Shown: positions 24,540 to 38,060, counted from the first letter of the stretch. The stretch: DNA of 64,000 bases from Octopus sinensis (GCF_006345805.1 NC_042997.1:44268001-44332000); one strand, 5' to 3'. Made by a program: numbers and translations. Notes: a model not told the origin generated them from the letters alone.

Positions 24540-25790
24540 GAGTGGGTCTTCCCAAGAAACTCATATTGTCAGACATCTTGGGCCATTGTCATCTTGAGAT
24601 TTTCCTTCACTACTTCATCCCATATCTTCCTGAGTCTCTCTCTCCCGCAAGTGCCATCCACTTTAAGCAATTGGCACTTCTTTATACAACCGTCTTCATC
24701 ACATGTCCAAACCAACATAGTCTTCTCTCTTGCATGCTGCATCTGATTCCTCTGATGCCCAATTTTTCTCTCAGCACATTTGCACCTTGTATATTCATCA
24801 GAGTATACTAGCTTCATTCCTCTCTAGTATACGCATGTCTTCTGCATTCAGGACCTATGTCTCAGTACCATAAAGTATAGCTGTTCATACACAAGCATCA
24901 TGCAATCTGTTTTTCACTCTGAGAGAGATCTCTTTTGTTGCCAACAGAGGTAATAGTCCTCTGAATTTCTTCCATCCTGTTCTTAGTCTAACAGCGATAC
25001 TTTCAGAACATTCTCCATCACTGCTAATTTGGTCACCTAAGTAACAGAAACTATCTACAACATTGAGGGAAGCTCCTGAGCATTTGAGGGAGCCTAATCC
25101 CCATGTGTCCTTAGTGCTTATTGTTCCTCACATCAGCCTTGTACAAAGATGACTTTCTCTGTTAACCATCTGTGAATCCTCTGCACCTCTTATTGTCCAT
25201 AGCTTGCACTGGGTTCAACAAATGGAATTTCTTCCTACGCCTTTACTACATACTAAGTGGAACATTTATCTGATGGAGAGAGAGTCTTATATCTGCTTTC
25301 TTGCTAACAACAACTTTGGTCTTTGCTAGCTTAACTTTAAGGCCCTTTGATTCCAGGTTTTACTTCCATACCTGAAATTTCTTCTCCATTTCTACTACAG
25401 ATTCTGCTGCAAGAGTGAGTTCATTAGCATATAGTAGTTCCTACAGGCAACCAGTTTTAAATTCCTTTGTTGTGGCCTGGAGGACTATGATGAATAGATG
25501 TGGACTGAGAACTGAGCCCTGGTGAACCCCTACTTGCACACTAAATTCATTACTGTACTATTGGCTGACTCGCACCCTACCAACAACTCTGTTATACATG
25601 GCTTGTACAGCTCTAACGAGCCACTCTTCTACTCTTAACTTTCTTAGAGACTACCAGATAACAGAACAAAGGACTCTGTGAAAAGCTTTCTCCAGGTCAG
25701 CAAAAGCCAAGTAGAATGGTTTACTTTTGGCCAGAGACTTCTCCTGCAGCTGTCTCATGAGGAAAATGGAATCTGTGGTTCTCTTTCTAG
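24540..25790 (-). mobile_element. Degraded RTE LINE
   Basis: VGVHQGSVLSPHLFIIVL near 25500-25540; C-terminal DGTCGRERLRKIWDEVVKE. Confidence 0.8.
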
Positions 25791-25799
25791 GCACAGAAA

Positions 25800-26132
25800 T
25801 TGACAGAAAGAAAGTGAGTTACAGAAAGAGCGAGACAGAAGGAGAGAAAGGAGAAGGAAAGATAGAAAGGAGAGAGAAAAAGAGAGAAAGAAAGGGAGAA
25901 AAGAAGAAAGGGAGAGAAAGGAGGAGAGAGCGAGAAAGAAAGAGAAAGGAGGATGAGAGAAAGAAAGGGAGAAAGAAGAGAGAGAAAGAGGAAAAATAAA
26001 CAGATAGAGAGAGCAATTGAGATAGAGAAACCAAAAGAGAAAGAGAGAGAGAGAGACAGAAAGCGAGGATACTCACGGTATTAAATAACTGAAACATGAA
26101 AATATATAGGTGTGTGTGTGTTCTTTTAGTGA

Positions 26133-26168
<36 letters not shown>

Positions 26169-26480
26169 AAGGAGAAAAGAAGAAAGGAGAGAAAGGAGAA
26201 GGAAAGATAGAAAGGAGAGAGAAAAAGAGAGAAAGAAAGGGAGAAAGAAGAGAGAGAGAAAGAAAGAGAGGGAAACTAGAGAGAGAAGAAAGAAAACCAT
26301 GGAGAGATAGTGTTTGGTTTCAGTTTCACTTTGCAGAACAAACAAAGAGACAGAATCTCTTTGGAGTAACATGGCAGAGAGACAGACAGAGAATAGAGAG
26401 AGGGAAAGAGAATAGAGGAGACAGAAAGAAAATCATAGGGAGAGATGATGTCTGGCTTTAGTTTCACTTTGTGGGACAAA
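25800..26480. repeat. GA-rich low-complexity region with local duplications
   Basis: Direct reading; 25830-25990 is repeated at about 26170-26290. Confidence 0.85.
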
Positions 26481-26510
26481 CAGACAAACAGAACCTCTCT
26501 TTTATATATA

Positions 26511-27010
26511 TACTCTTATTCTTTTACTCTTTTACTTGTTTCAGTCATTTGACTGCGGCCATGCTGGAGCACCACCTTTAGTTGTGCAAATCGACCCCGG
26601 GACTTATTCTTTGTAAGCCCAGTACTTATTCTATCGGTCTCTTTTTTGCCGAACCGCTAAGTGACGGGGACGTAAACACACCAGCATCGGTTGTCAAGCA
26701 ATGCTAGGGGGACAAACACACACACACACATATATATATATATACATATATGCATATATATATAATGAAGGGTGAAATTAATTAATTTGGAATAATTATC
26801 AATTACACCAAGTAGTCTTCGGCATGTAAATATATATACATATATACGACAGGCTTCTTTCAGTTTCCGTCTACCAAATCCACTCACAAGGCATTGGTCG
26901 GCCCGGGGCTATAGCAGAAGACACTTGCCCAAGATGCCACGCAGTGGGACTGAACCCGGAACCATGTGGCTGGTTAGCAAGCTACTTACCACACAGCCAC
27001 TCCTGCGCCT
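26511..27010 (-). mobile_element. SINE family A, full length, with a short internal insert
   Basis: Family consensus tail and head. Confidence 0.9.
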
Positions 27011-27699
27011 ATATAGATTATTGTTTTGATGATGATGATGGTAGTGATGGTGATGGTGCTGGTGGTCGCGACAATGACAACGATGATGATGATGACAATG
27101 ACAACTGTGACAACTTACCAAATTTTCTTGTTTTTGTTTTAATATGTACTTTCACAGCAATTATTATGACTCACCAGGTATTTCCACTAATATGACTTTT
27201 TCATTTGGAATAAGGTTTTTTCAGGCTAAATTTGGGAATTTTATGTCTCCTTTCTTTCAAGAAGGGTTTGGTGTATTGAAAGCATAAAAATTGAAGTTGA
27301 AGTTGAGAAAAACTTAACTGTCCTCAAGGACTGGAACTCATCAGGATATTGGGAAAGAGTTAACAATATCATGATCATTCGCACCAGATATCAAATGCCA
27401 ACATCATGACTGCTGCTCAGTGTTCTGTGGACTTTGTAAAGGTTGTAAGGCATGTCTCATGCATCATGAAAGCCAAGTTTTCCTGAGCTGTGATACTCTA
27501 GGTGGTGCCAAGCTGCATTGGCCTTTGCTTTCCCTTGGATAACACTACTGTTGTGGAGAGAGGAGCCCAGTATGCATGGGTGACTGCTGGTCTTCCATAA
27601 ACAACCTTGCCCAGGCTTGTGCCTGGGAGGGTAACTTTCTAGGTGCAATCCCATGGTCAGTCATGACTGAAGGGGGTCTCAGTGATACTCTAGGTGTGT

Positions 27700-28170
27700 C
27701 ACAGCTGAGCGTGATGTCATGTCACCCCGCATCTTTGAACAAGGTCTTAGGCTCAAGTCAGACGTCTACATGAAGCAGCTGGAAACTGTGGTCAAACCTT
27801 GGCTGGAGTGTGTTGCTACCAGAAGGCCATATGTCCATATGTATGGCAACTGGATTTGGCTCCTTGCCAAGCCTCCAGAAAGAGTTAGAAGTGGTTTTTG
27901 GAGAATTTCAATGACCTCACCTGTCTCAGTTTCTAGTCTCCTAATTTCTCCAATTATAATTCCATGGATTACTATGTGTAGGGTATGGTTGAAAAAGACA
28001 CCAACTGCTCTGCTTGCAATACCAAGGCTGAGCTGGTGACCAAGATCAAGGAGATGTTTGAAAGTTTTCCCATTGACACAGAGAGGAACAAATGTGCCAG
28101 GTTCCAGAGCTATCTTGAGGCCATGCTGGAGTCTGAGGGCAGCTACTTTCAATATCCCAGCCATAATCTA
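27700..28170 (+). mobile_element. Degraded Tc1/mariner-superfamily transposase (maT/DD37D-like)
   Basis: MSPRIFEQGLRLKSDVYMKQLETVVKPW...MDYYV.GMVEKDTN..ACNTKAELVTKIKEMF...ESEGSYF. Confidence 0.7.
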
Positions 28171-28336
28171 GTTAATATTTAAAAAAATTTTTAGATACTT
28201 TTTTTTAATGGATATTTCTTTCCCTTTTATGCAAACTGTCAAATTTAGCCTGAATCTCTCTCTATATGGGCCCTTGATTACTGAAATGTGCAGATGTTCT
28301 TCATCAGGACATAGCTTGGATTTTAGCCCCTTCTGT

Positions 28337-29130
28337 TTGTATGCATGCATGCATGTATGTATGTATGTATGTGTGTGTGTATGTATGCATGCATGCATGT
28401 ATGTATGTATGCATGCATGCATGCATGCATGTATATATGCATGCATGCATGCATGTATGTATGCATGCATGCATGCATGTATGTATGTATGTATGTTTGC
28501 ATGTATGTATGTATGCATGCATGTATGCATGCATGCATATATGTATGTATGTATGTATGCATGCATATATGTATGTATGTATGCATGTATGTATGTATGT
28601 ATGTTTGTATGTATGTATGCATGTATGTATGTATGTTTGTATGTATGCATGTATGTATGCATGCATGCATGTATGTATGTATGCATGTATGCATGCATGC
28701 ATGCATGCATGTATGTATGCATGCATGCATGCATGTATGTATGTATGTATGTATGTATGTATCTTTGCATGTATGTATGTATGCATGCATGTATGCATGC
28801 ATGCATATATGTATGTATGTATGTATGCATGCATGCATATATGTATGTATGTATGTATGCATGCATGCATGTATGTATGTATGTATGTATGTATGTTTGT
28901 ATGTATGCATGTATGTATGTATGTATGTATGTATGTTTGTATGTATGCATGTATGCATGCATGTATGTATGTATGTATGCATGTATGTATGTATGTATGT
29001 ATGTATGTTTGTATGTATGCATGTATGCATGCATGCATGTATGCATGCATGCATGTATGCATGTATGTATGTATGCATGCATGTATGTATGCATGCATGT
29101 ATGTATGCATGCATGTATGCATGAATGAAT
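28337..29130. repeat. Approx. 0.8 kb (ATGT)/(ATGC) tetranucleotide array
   Basis: Direct reading; source of the MHAC/MYVC ORFs. Confidence 0.97.
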
Positions 29131-29809
29131 GACTGAAAGTTCCCTTTCTCTTTTTAATTTAGAATAAACTCTGACTAGCCACCTGCCTGGTAGCAAGGCT
29201 TTAAAATAAAAGCATCTTATTTCATTCATAATCCTGTAAATCTTATGAAAGTCTCACAGGTTTTTACACTCTCTCCTACCATCATCATTTATAATGCATG
29301 AGTTAAACATTTACATCCTCTTCATAAGAACTGGGTTTCAACGATACTTTACTCCATAAAGGTTGATATGTATCCTATTGTTTCAATAATAATAGGTATG
29401 TAGATGAATGTATATCTAGAGTACTGGATTTGCAAACTCCTAATCAATGGTCCATAGATGTCCTCTTTCTCGTGTATTTTTTTAACCACATTGTTGTCCA
29501 GAGGGCAGCTGGTTTCCACAACAGAGGATATCTTTTTCCTTGTGGTGCTACACAATAATATCTGGTTGGTTGTATTTTAATGCGGTGGCTGTTTTTATTT
29601 CTAAGTTCCATCAATATTTGTTTGACCCATTGGTCTCAATATAGTCGGTATATTTGTATGTATGTATGTATGTGTGTGTGTGTGTGTGTGAGTGTGTGTG
29701 TGTGTGAGTGTGTGTGTGTGTATGCAAGTATGCATATATGTGTGTAAGTGTGAGACTTGGTATGTGCTATCTACACATCCATTTTTCCATGCTAGCATGG
29801 GTTAGGTGC

Positions 29810-30350
29810 ATTTATTAAAATATTGGGTATCCTTCCAGTCACTAACAGAATCCAAAGAAACTAAAGGCAGCAAGCTGGCAGAAACATTAGTGCGCTGGGC
29901 GAAATGCTTAGCAGTATTTTGTCTGCCATTACGTTCTGAGTTCAAATTCCACCGAGGTCGACTTTGCCTTTCATCCTTTTGGGGTCGATAAATTGAGTAC
30001 CAGTTACGCACTGAGGTTGATGTAATTGACTTACTCCATTTGTCTGTCTTTGTTTGTCCCCTCTATGTTTAGCCCCCTGTCGGCAATAAATAAATAAGAA
30101 ACTGAAGCATGGAACAAACTGCCGGCATCAGTTGTTAGTTGTCGGAGCACTGCATCCTTCAAAACTTCCATGTTTCCTGAGATTCGCCAACACTACACCT
30201 GATTTTCTCCTCTCCAATACACACACAAACATGTATCTGACTCATACATTGTTCGCTTTCCAGACATTTGTACATTACTGCATATACTCTGACAAGTTGT
30301 GGTGCACCTGAGCACTATATGCAATAATTTCATTATTATTATTATTATTT
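29810..30350 (+). mobile_element. CR1/L2-type LINE 3' end with SINE B nested at 29866-30096
   Basis: AWNKLPASVVSCRSTASFKTSM C-terminal motif and (ATT)n tail; SINE B consensus. Confidence 0.7.
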
Positions 30351-30740
30351 AAAGGTGGTCAGTGTTGGCAAAAATTATATAGTAAAGTTGTCAAGTTTCA
30401 GTAAACTTCTATCCATATAAATCCATCAAAACTCATGATATTCACGAAGGGGCTGCTGATGTTAACCCAGAAAACATTCTTACTCAACTGATTGTTATGT
30501 TGTTGTTGTTGTTGTTGTTGCTGTTGCCATCATTGTTGTTATCATTGTCATTGTTGTGGAACCAAAGCTCACAGTCCTAATATGATCAAAGCATTCAATC
30601 TGATTATTACATCTCTTTTCTGCAGCTTGATCCATTGCTACAACAGCCAATATATCTTCCTGGTTTCCTTTTATTAAACAAAAGTGGTGGACTGTGATTA
30701 CGGGAGATGTAACTGCTATTTCTTGCAAAATGAGCAAGTA

Positions 30741-30964
30741 CCTTTTACCTTTTAGCTTTCACTTGTTTCAGTCATTAGACTGCGGCCATGCTGGAGCACC
30801 ACCTTGAAAACATTTTAGTCAATTGTATTGACCTCAGAACTTATCAATTTTAAAGCCTGGTACTTATTCTATTGGTCGCTTTTGCTGAACTGCTAAGTTA
30901 TGGGGATGTAAACATACAAACACTGGTGGTAGTTGGGTACAAACGCACACACAGACACACACAC

Positions 30965-31059
<95 letters not shown>

Positions 31060-31313
31060 TTGAAGGCGGCGAGCTGGCAGAATCGTTAGCACGTCGGGCG
31101 AAATGCTTAGTGGTATTTTGTCTGCTGTAACGTTCTGAGTTCAAATTCCGCCGAGGTCGACTTTGCTTTTCATTCTTTTGGGGTTGATAGATTAAGTACC
31201 AGTTACGCACTGGGATCGATGTAATTGACTTAATCCCTTTGTCTGTCCTTGTTTGTCCCCTCTATGTTTAGCCCCTTGTGGGCAATAAAGAAATAAGATA
31301 GATAGATAGATAA

Positions 31314-31366
<53 letters not shown>

Positions 31367-31406
31367 CAGACAAAGATAGATAGATAGATAGATAGATAGA
31401 TGGATG

Positions 31407-31458
<52 letters not shown>

Positions 31459-31650
31459 TAGATAGATAGATAGATAGATAGATGTATATGATGAGCTTCT
31501 CCCAGTTTCCATCAACTAAATCCACTCACAAGGCTTTGGTCAGTGCAAGATTATATAGTAAAAGATACTTGCCCAAGGTCTCATGTAGTGGGACTGAACC
31601 TGGAACCATGTGGTTGGGAAGCAAGGCTCTTACCACACAGTCATGCTGCC
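30741..31650 (-). mobile_element. SINE A whose internal microsatellite is a (GATA)n tract hosting SINE B (31062-31297, +)
   Basis: SINE A tail at 30741-30960, (GATA)n at 30966-31480, head at 31485-31650. Confidence 0.82.
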
Positions 31651-31949
31651 ACATGAAGATTTATTGATAGTTCTCACACAGCTAAAATCTTGAGTCTTAT
31701 TCAAATTCTTAGAGTATGTTTGGCTTTTCTTAGACATTATAATGGATACGGGGAAATCTTCTAATTGTCTTCTATGATTTTCTTTTTCTCACTTCAGTAT
31801 TTTGGAACTGCTTTATTTCCTGTGCCATACATTTTTATATAACTCACCAAAATCTCTTCCATAAAACTCAGATGTTGATGCTTAAGTAAAAAAAAAAAAG
31901 AAAAGAAAGAAGAATAAACATTTTAATTATGGTACTAATAATACTTCGA

Positions 31950-32497
31950 TGACTGGCATCCATGCTAGCAGGGTGCAAAGAGCACCATACGAGTGTGATC
32001 ATTGGCAGAGCGGCTAACCGGCTTCCGAGCCAGTGGCACATAAAAAGCACCATTCAAGTGTGATCGTTACCAGTGTCGCCTTACTGGCACTCGTGCCCGT
32101 GCTAGTAGGGTACCAAGAGCACCATCTGAGCATGATCGTTGCCAGAGCGGTTAACTGGCCTCCATGCCAGTGGCACATAAAAGGCACCGTTCGAGCATGA
32201 TCATTACCAGCGTCGCCTTACTGGCACCTGTGCTGGTGGCATATGTAAAAAGATTCAAGCGAGTTCGTTGCCAGTACCACCTGACTGGCCCCGTGCCAGT
32301 GGCACGTAAAAAGCACCCACTACACCCTTGGAGTGGTTGGCTTTAGGAAGGTCATCTAGCTGTAGAAACTCTGCCAGATCAAGATTGGAGCATGGTGCAG
32401 CCATCTGATTCGCCAGCCCTCAGTCAAAATCGTCCAACCCATGCTAGCATGGAAAGCGAACATTAAACGATGATGATGATGATGATGTTGATGATGA
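31950..32497 (+). mobile_element. RTE 3'-UTR-derived element with alternating 65-72 bp tandem units
   Basis: Units start gcaccat..gag..tgatc.tt; family tail plus (GAT)n. Confidence 0.82.
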
Positions 32498-33249
32498 TTC
32501 TATTTTTTGCAGAAGTGATTCACACCTATTTGTGGTAACCATTTACAGACAAGTGACTTGAGCTAATGATAGTTAAAATGTTAATGATAGATATACAAAC
32601 TATCGACCTTTTGGCCAATATATCAACAATCTAATGACATTAAGTGTAGATTGTACAATTCAAAACCTAAAAATAGGCTTAACTGTAAACATTTCAGTGA
32701 AATAATTTTGTGTTTTTTATGTTTCAATAGTATAAAAGGACTGATACACAAATGTCATATCTTAAGCCAATAGTTATGTAGATGATAACAATATAACATA
32801 TTTAAAGGTCAAATCTTATTATTGAAGGTATTCATTAGAAATTCTATCTTAGTGTTTACAAATAATATTTTCTTGCATCAGTTAGTTCACATATTTCATA
32901 CCTGTCATTTGCAATGCTTTCTCCATATTTCAATAGGAAAATCCTCTGATTTAACCCTTTTGATGGTAAGCCACCTGGTTCTTTGATACAAGTTTCCTAT
33001 TTTGAATTGATTTAAATTAAAACCTTCCATCAATGAAGGTTTTATGTCAGTTTATGTTCCAAAATGTTAATTTACTAAATTCTTTATTTTCAAAAATTTA
33101 TTGAAACCATGACAGTATGTTTCAACAGAAATATGGTAACAAAAGATTTAACATATGTTATTTCCCAGAATATAATACAATGAGTCATTCAGCTATATTA
33201 TGAGCATGTTATTGATATCATCATCACTGTCAACATTTTTACCATTTTT

Positions 33250-33281
<32 letters not shown>

Positions 33282-33519
33282 CATCATCATCATTTTCACA
33301 TCTACTTTACCATATTGCATGGATCAAAAGAAATTTGTTAATGTAGATTTTCTGCAGCCAGATGCTCTTCCTGTCACCAACTTTTACCTGTTTCCAAGCA
33401 AGGTTATCTTTCCTCAAGTCCTTCAAGCATGAACAGAATAAATGCTTCTATGGGAAATTGCAAACAAATAATACCTTCAGTATAACAATGATGTTATTTT
33501 CATTTTTTTACAGTTGGCA

Positions 33520-33569
<50 letters not shown>

Positions 33570-33612
33570 AAACAAGTCAAAAATAGAAAATGCTAAAATA
33601 ATTTTATAAAGA

Positions 33613-33660
33613 ACATTTCAGTACCGGTTTCGGGCATTTTGAGACCTTTTCAACTGTAAC
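33613..33660 (-). ncRNA. Minimal hammerhead, U3:A8 core (PLE2 3' pLTR; one stem II mismatch)
   Basis: CAG TTGAAAA GGTC-TCAAAAT-GCCC GAA AC-CG-GT A CTG. Confidence 0.62.
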
Positions 33661-36564
33661 GATTAAATAATTAAATTTAGAAAAATTAGAAGAAAAGTTT
33701 TTTTAAAGGAATATTTCTATAGTAGTGTTCAGGTATAAGTGGCATTCTGCCTTTCTCTGACTCCCTTGTTTGCACTTGTGTGTTCGGGGTCGTTGTGAGT
33801 TCTTGGTAGGGTAGAAGAAGAAGAAGGCTGATGAGGAAAGGGGGTGGGAAAATCTGGGAGTGCCCTGATGGTCGTATTTTGAATGGTCAGTGGCGGCTAG
33901 CAGTCGCAGTTCAATTCAGGAGAATATTTCTATTGAAAGGCTTGTTTATGGAATTTGCGTAGGTGTTATACTAAAAAACATTAGTGACAAAGTTAAGGGG
34001 TAGAAGGTGGAGAAGTAGAAGAAGAAGAAGAAGAAGAAGAAGAAGAAGAAGAAGATGACGATGTTGATGATGATGATGATGAAAAAGAAGAAGAAGAAGA
34101 AGAAGAAGGAGAAGATGATGATGATGATGATGGTGGTGATGATGATGACGACGATGATGATGATAATGATGATGATGAAGAAGAGGAGGAAGAAGAAGAA
34201 AAAAACAGAGAAGGGAGAATATGAATGGGTGAAAGTAGTGAGGTGTTGCATGACTTGAAGTTGGCATGTTATGGAGTATAGCTGTGATTGGGGCTGATTA
34301 GTAATGGATTCTTTGGAATGTAATATTTGTGCGTGTGTATTTCTTTTATTCTAAAGTTGAGGTATATTAATTGTTTGTCGTAGATCCGTTAAGAAGTGGC
34401 CTGTATTTTGTAATAAAGAGAGTTTCTTTACTTATTCGTTGTCTCGAGGTTGTATCGTCCCTAAATTGGTAGAGGGGGAAAATCCTGAAGCTTGGTGTTT
34501 TTTTGTTGGCGCAAGTATCTATGTGTTGGCTAAAAGCTATTTTTCTGTTTTGGGGAATTTTTATCTGGGATCTGTGCAGGGCCATTCGTTTACGCAAACT
34601 ATTTTTTGTTTGGCCTATGTACTGCTCTTGACACCCGGAGCAGGTTAGTGAGTATATTAGGTTCTCCGAAGCACATGTGAAGTTGCTTTTCACTGTAAAC
34701 CGTTGTCCCTGTTTGAAGGAGAACTCTGATCCCTCAATTAGATAATCGCATATCCCGCAATTGGGTCTTCCACATTTTTTTTACTGTCGGCTTCTGTGTT
34801 GAAGAGTGAATTCGGGCTTGTGTTAGGAGACTTTTCATGGATCTAGGCTGTCTCTTGCTTTTTATGATCGTGTGTGTTTGGAGGATAGTGTTCATTCTGT
34901 GGTCTTTTTTTAGGAGGGGTATGTTGTGGAGGATGGTGCCGAAGGCTTCGTTATTGAGAGGGTTGTGTGTGGAGATGTATAGTAAGGCTTTTGGTTGTAA
35001 GTTTTTCTTTGATTTGGGATGTCTCAGTTCCTTGATGTTAAGTTGAAGGGCACGTTGAATGCACTTGTCAATAAGTGAAGGTGGATAGTTCCTGGTGATA
35101 AGGGTATCTTTTAGTTCTTGTAGTCGTGTTTCTCTGGTGTTTGTGTTAGAGACTATAGTGCATATCCTTTTTGCTAGATTGAAGGGGATATTCATCCTGG
35201 TGTGTCTGGGGTGGCATGAATTGAATGGAAGATATTGCTTAGAGTCTGTAGGCTTATAATATATGTCTGTTTCTATTATATTATTAGCTTTCTTAATGAG
35301 GATATCGAGGAAGGGGAGTTGTTGCTGGCTATATTCCATCGTGAATTGGATGTTTATGTCCAGTCCGTTTAAAATTTCCTGGAATTCTATGAGTTTTTCT
35401 ATATTTTTATGCCAAAGAATGAAACAGTCATCTAGATATCTCTTCCAGTTGTTTTCTATGTAGATGGAGAAAGGGCTGCCATATCTTTCTAGAACCTTAC
35501 GATACAGATTGATCTCTAGATATCCTATGACTAGGTTGGCAAAGGAGGGGGCCATTCGTGTACCCATCGCAGTCCCCGATTTTTGTCGGTAGAAGTTGTC
35601 ATTGAAGGCGAAGAAGTTATTTTCCAGGATGAATTTAACCCCTTCTATCACGAATTCTTTTTTGATGCGATGTGGTAGTTCGTTGGCGTGATTTTCTAGC
35701 CAGAATTGGATTGCCTCTAGTCCTAGGTTGTGGGGGATATTGGAGTAGAGGTTGACTACATCGAAGGATACCAGTATGGTGTTTTTGTTTATAGTATTCG
35801 GTAGGTGATTGAGCATATCTAAGTCGTCCCTTATATAGCTTTTGACATGTTTGAGGAGTGGTTTTAACAGGGTGTCTAAAAAGTTACTGAGACGGTGGGT
35901 TTCGCATGCGGGACCTGCTATTATGGGTCTCAATTTGAGGTCATTAGGATTAGGGACTTTAATTATTTTGTCTGTAGCTATCTTGCATGCGTTGCTTATT
36001 TTCTCACTTTTGTGGATCTTAGGTATACCGTAGAATTGGCTGGTTTTGCTTGTGAAATTGGTCATATAATCATATTCTTTGTCGGTGAGCCCTGCTTTGT
36101 ATGGGTTTAACATGGATTTTAGTTCCCTCATTATTTTTTGTTGACTGTAGTTTTGTGCCTTTTCATAGTATGTTGTGTCTTCCAGCATAGAAAGTACCAA
36201 AGTTATGTAAAATGTCGTATCCATTAAGACAACAGCACTCCCTTTATCGGCCTCTTTGATTGTTATTGTTTTATCTAGTTTTAATTTGTTCAACTCAGCC
36301 CATTCTTTTTTGCTGAAGTTTGGTTTGTGTTTTTGTTTGTGCATATGTTGATATGGGTAATTTGATATGTGGTCACAGAAATCATCAAGTGTTTTATTCT
36401 TACCTTTCGAGGGGGTGTAGTTACTCCTATTTCTGGCTAATGATTCGTCCTCGTTGTATTTATCGTATGAAAGGCAGAATGCCACTTATATCTGAACACT
36501 ACTGTAGAAATATTCCTTTAAAAAAACTTTTCTTCTAATTTTTCTAAATTTAATTATTTAATCG

Positions 36565-36610
36565 TTACAGTTGAAAAGGTCTCAAAATGACCGAAACCGG
36601 TACTGAAATG
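36565..36610 (+). ncRNA. Minimal hammerhead, U3:A8 core (PLE2 inverted pLTR)
   Basis: CAG TTGAAAA GGTC-TCAAAAT-GACC GAA AC-CG-GT A CTG; palindromic ACCGGT. Confidence 0.7.
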
Positions 36611-36692
36611 TTCACTATAAAATTATTTTAGCATTTTCTATTTTTGACTTGTTTTTTCATATATATCAACTCGTGTGTTCCTTTTCACCCTT

Positions 36693-36773
<81 letters not shown>

Positions 36774-36789
36774 TGTATATATATATATA

Positions 36790-36965
36790 TAACGGGAAGG
36801 TTTTCGAAAATAAGCAAAAGACAAAGGCAGGTGGAGTACAAACAAACAAATGTATTAGTATGGCGCTCAGGAATAGAAATAGAACAAGTCTTTTACGTTT
36901 CAAGCCTACACTCTTCGATACAAAGATACACAGCAAAAAAACAAGGAGAGAAAAAAAAGGAGACA
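36790..36965 (-). mobile_element. Small (TA)n-flanked element with a degenerate hammerhead at 36890-36925
   Basis: CTTT GTATCGA A GAGT-GTAG-GCTT GAAACGT A AAAG; homologous to 56362-56515. Confidence 0.6.
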
Positions 36966-37144
36966 AAAATATAAAATATAAATATATATATATATATTTC
37001 TTGATTTCAAATCCATTCTGCCGTGTCAGGCCGAAAACGAAATGTTTCCAAGATAAGAAAATCTTTCTAATCTAATTCATCCCATAATCTGTACCAGTAA
37101 TATTGTCATGCAAATTTGTCTGATCTCTAGTGGTTAAGCTGTTT

Positions 37145-37146
<2 letters not shown>

Positions 37147-37178
<32 letters not shown>

Positions 37179-37795
37179 GTATTATTATTAGTATTAGTAT
37201 TATTATTAGTATTAGTATTATTATTATTATTATTATTAGTATTAGTATTATTATTAGTATTAGTATTATTATTAGTATTAGTATTATTATTAGTATTAGT
37301 ATTATTATTATTATTATTATTAGTATTAGTATTATTATTAGTATTAGTATTATTATTAGTATTAGTATTATTATTAGTATTAGTATTATTATTATTATTA
37401 TTATTAGTATTAGTATTATTATTAGTATTAGTATTATTATTAGTATTAGTATTATTATTAGTATTAGTATTATTATTAGTATTAGTATTATTATTAGTAT
37501 TAGTATTAGTATTATTATTAGTATTAGTATTATTATTAGTATTAGTATTATTATTAGTATTAGTATTATTATTAGTATTAGTATTATTATTAGTATTATT
37601 ATTAGTATTAGTATTATTATTAGTATTAGTATTATTATTAGTATTAGTATTATTATTAGTATTAGTATTATTATTAGTATTAGTATTATTATTATTATTA
37701 TTATTAGTATTAGTATTATTATTAGTATTAGTATTATTATTAGTATTAGTTTATTATTATTATTAGTATTAGTATTAGTATTATTTTAGTATTAG

Positions 37796-37827
<32 letters not shown>

Positions 37828-38060
37828 TATTATATTAGTATTATTATAGTATTAGTATTATTAGTATTAGTATTAGTATTTTATTAGTATTAGTATTATT
37901 ATTATTATTATATTAGTATTATTATTATATTATTAGTATTAGTATTATGAGTATTAGTATTATTATAGTATTAGTATTATTATTATTAGTAGTATTATTA
38001 GTATTAGTATTATTATTAGTATTAGTATTATTATTAGTATTAGTATTAGTATTAGTATTA
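37147..38060. repeat. Approx. 0.9 kb (ATT)/(AGT) array with an 18-bp unit
   Basis: AGTATTAGTATTATTATT units read directly. Confidence 0.95.

Larger units (their letters stand above)
33566..36660 (-). mobile_element. Penelope-like element 2, near-intact RT plus GIY-YIG, inverted pLTRs
   Basis: 583-aa ORF with IKEADKGSAVV, PKIHK, SLYSNI-like NLYSNIP, GTAMGT, RYLDD; GIY-YIG 34367-34693 (LIYSLTCSGCQEQYIGQT); 33566-33755 is the reverse complement of 36470-36660. Confidence 0.95.

Noticed and set aside
28290-28312. CTGATGA on the minus strand (also + at 33828)
   Set aside because: No stem II followed by GAAA, so not a hammerhead.
28168-29229. Multiple 260-350 aa Cys/His/Met-rich ORFs
   Set aside because: Produced by the ATGT/ATGC array, which lacks stop codons.
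31975-32330. Regularly spaced repeats resembling a CRISPR array
   Set aside because: Units are diverged tandem repeats of an RTE 3' UTR without unique spacers; eukaryotic context and no cas genes.
37130-37789. 219-aa Ile/Ser ORF
   Set aside because: Microsatellite translation.
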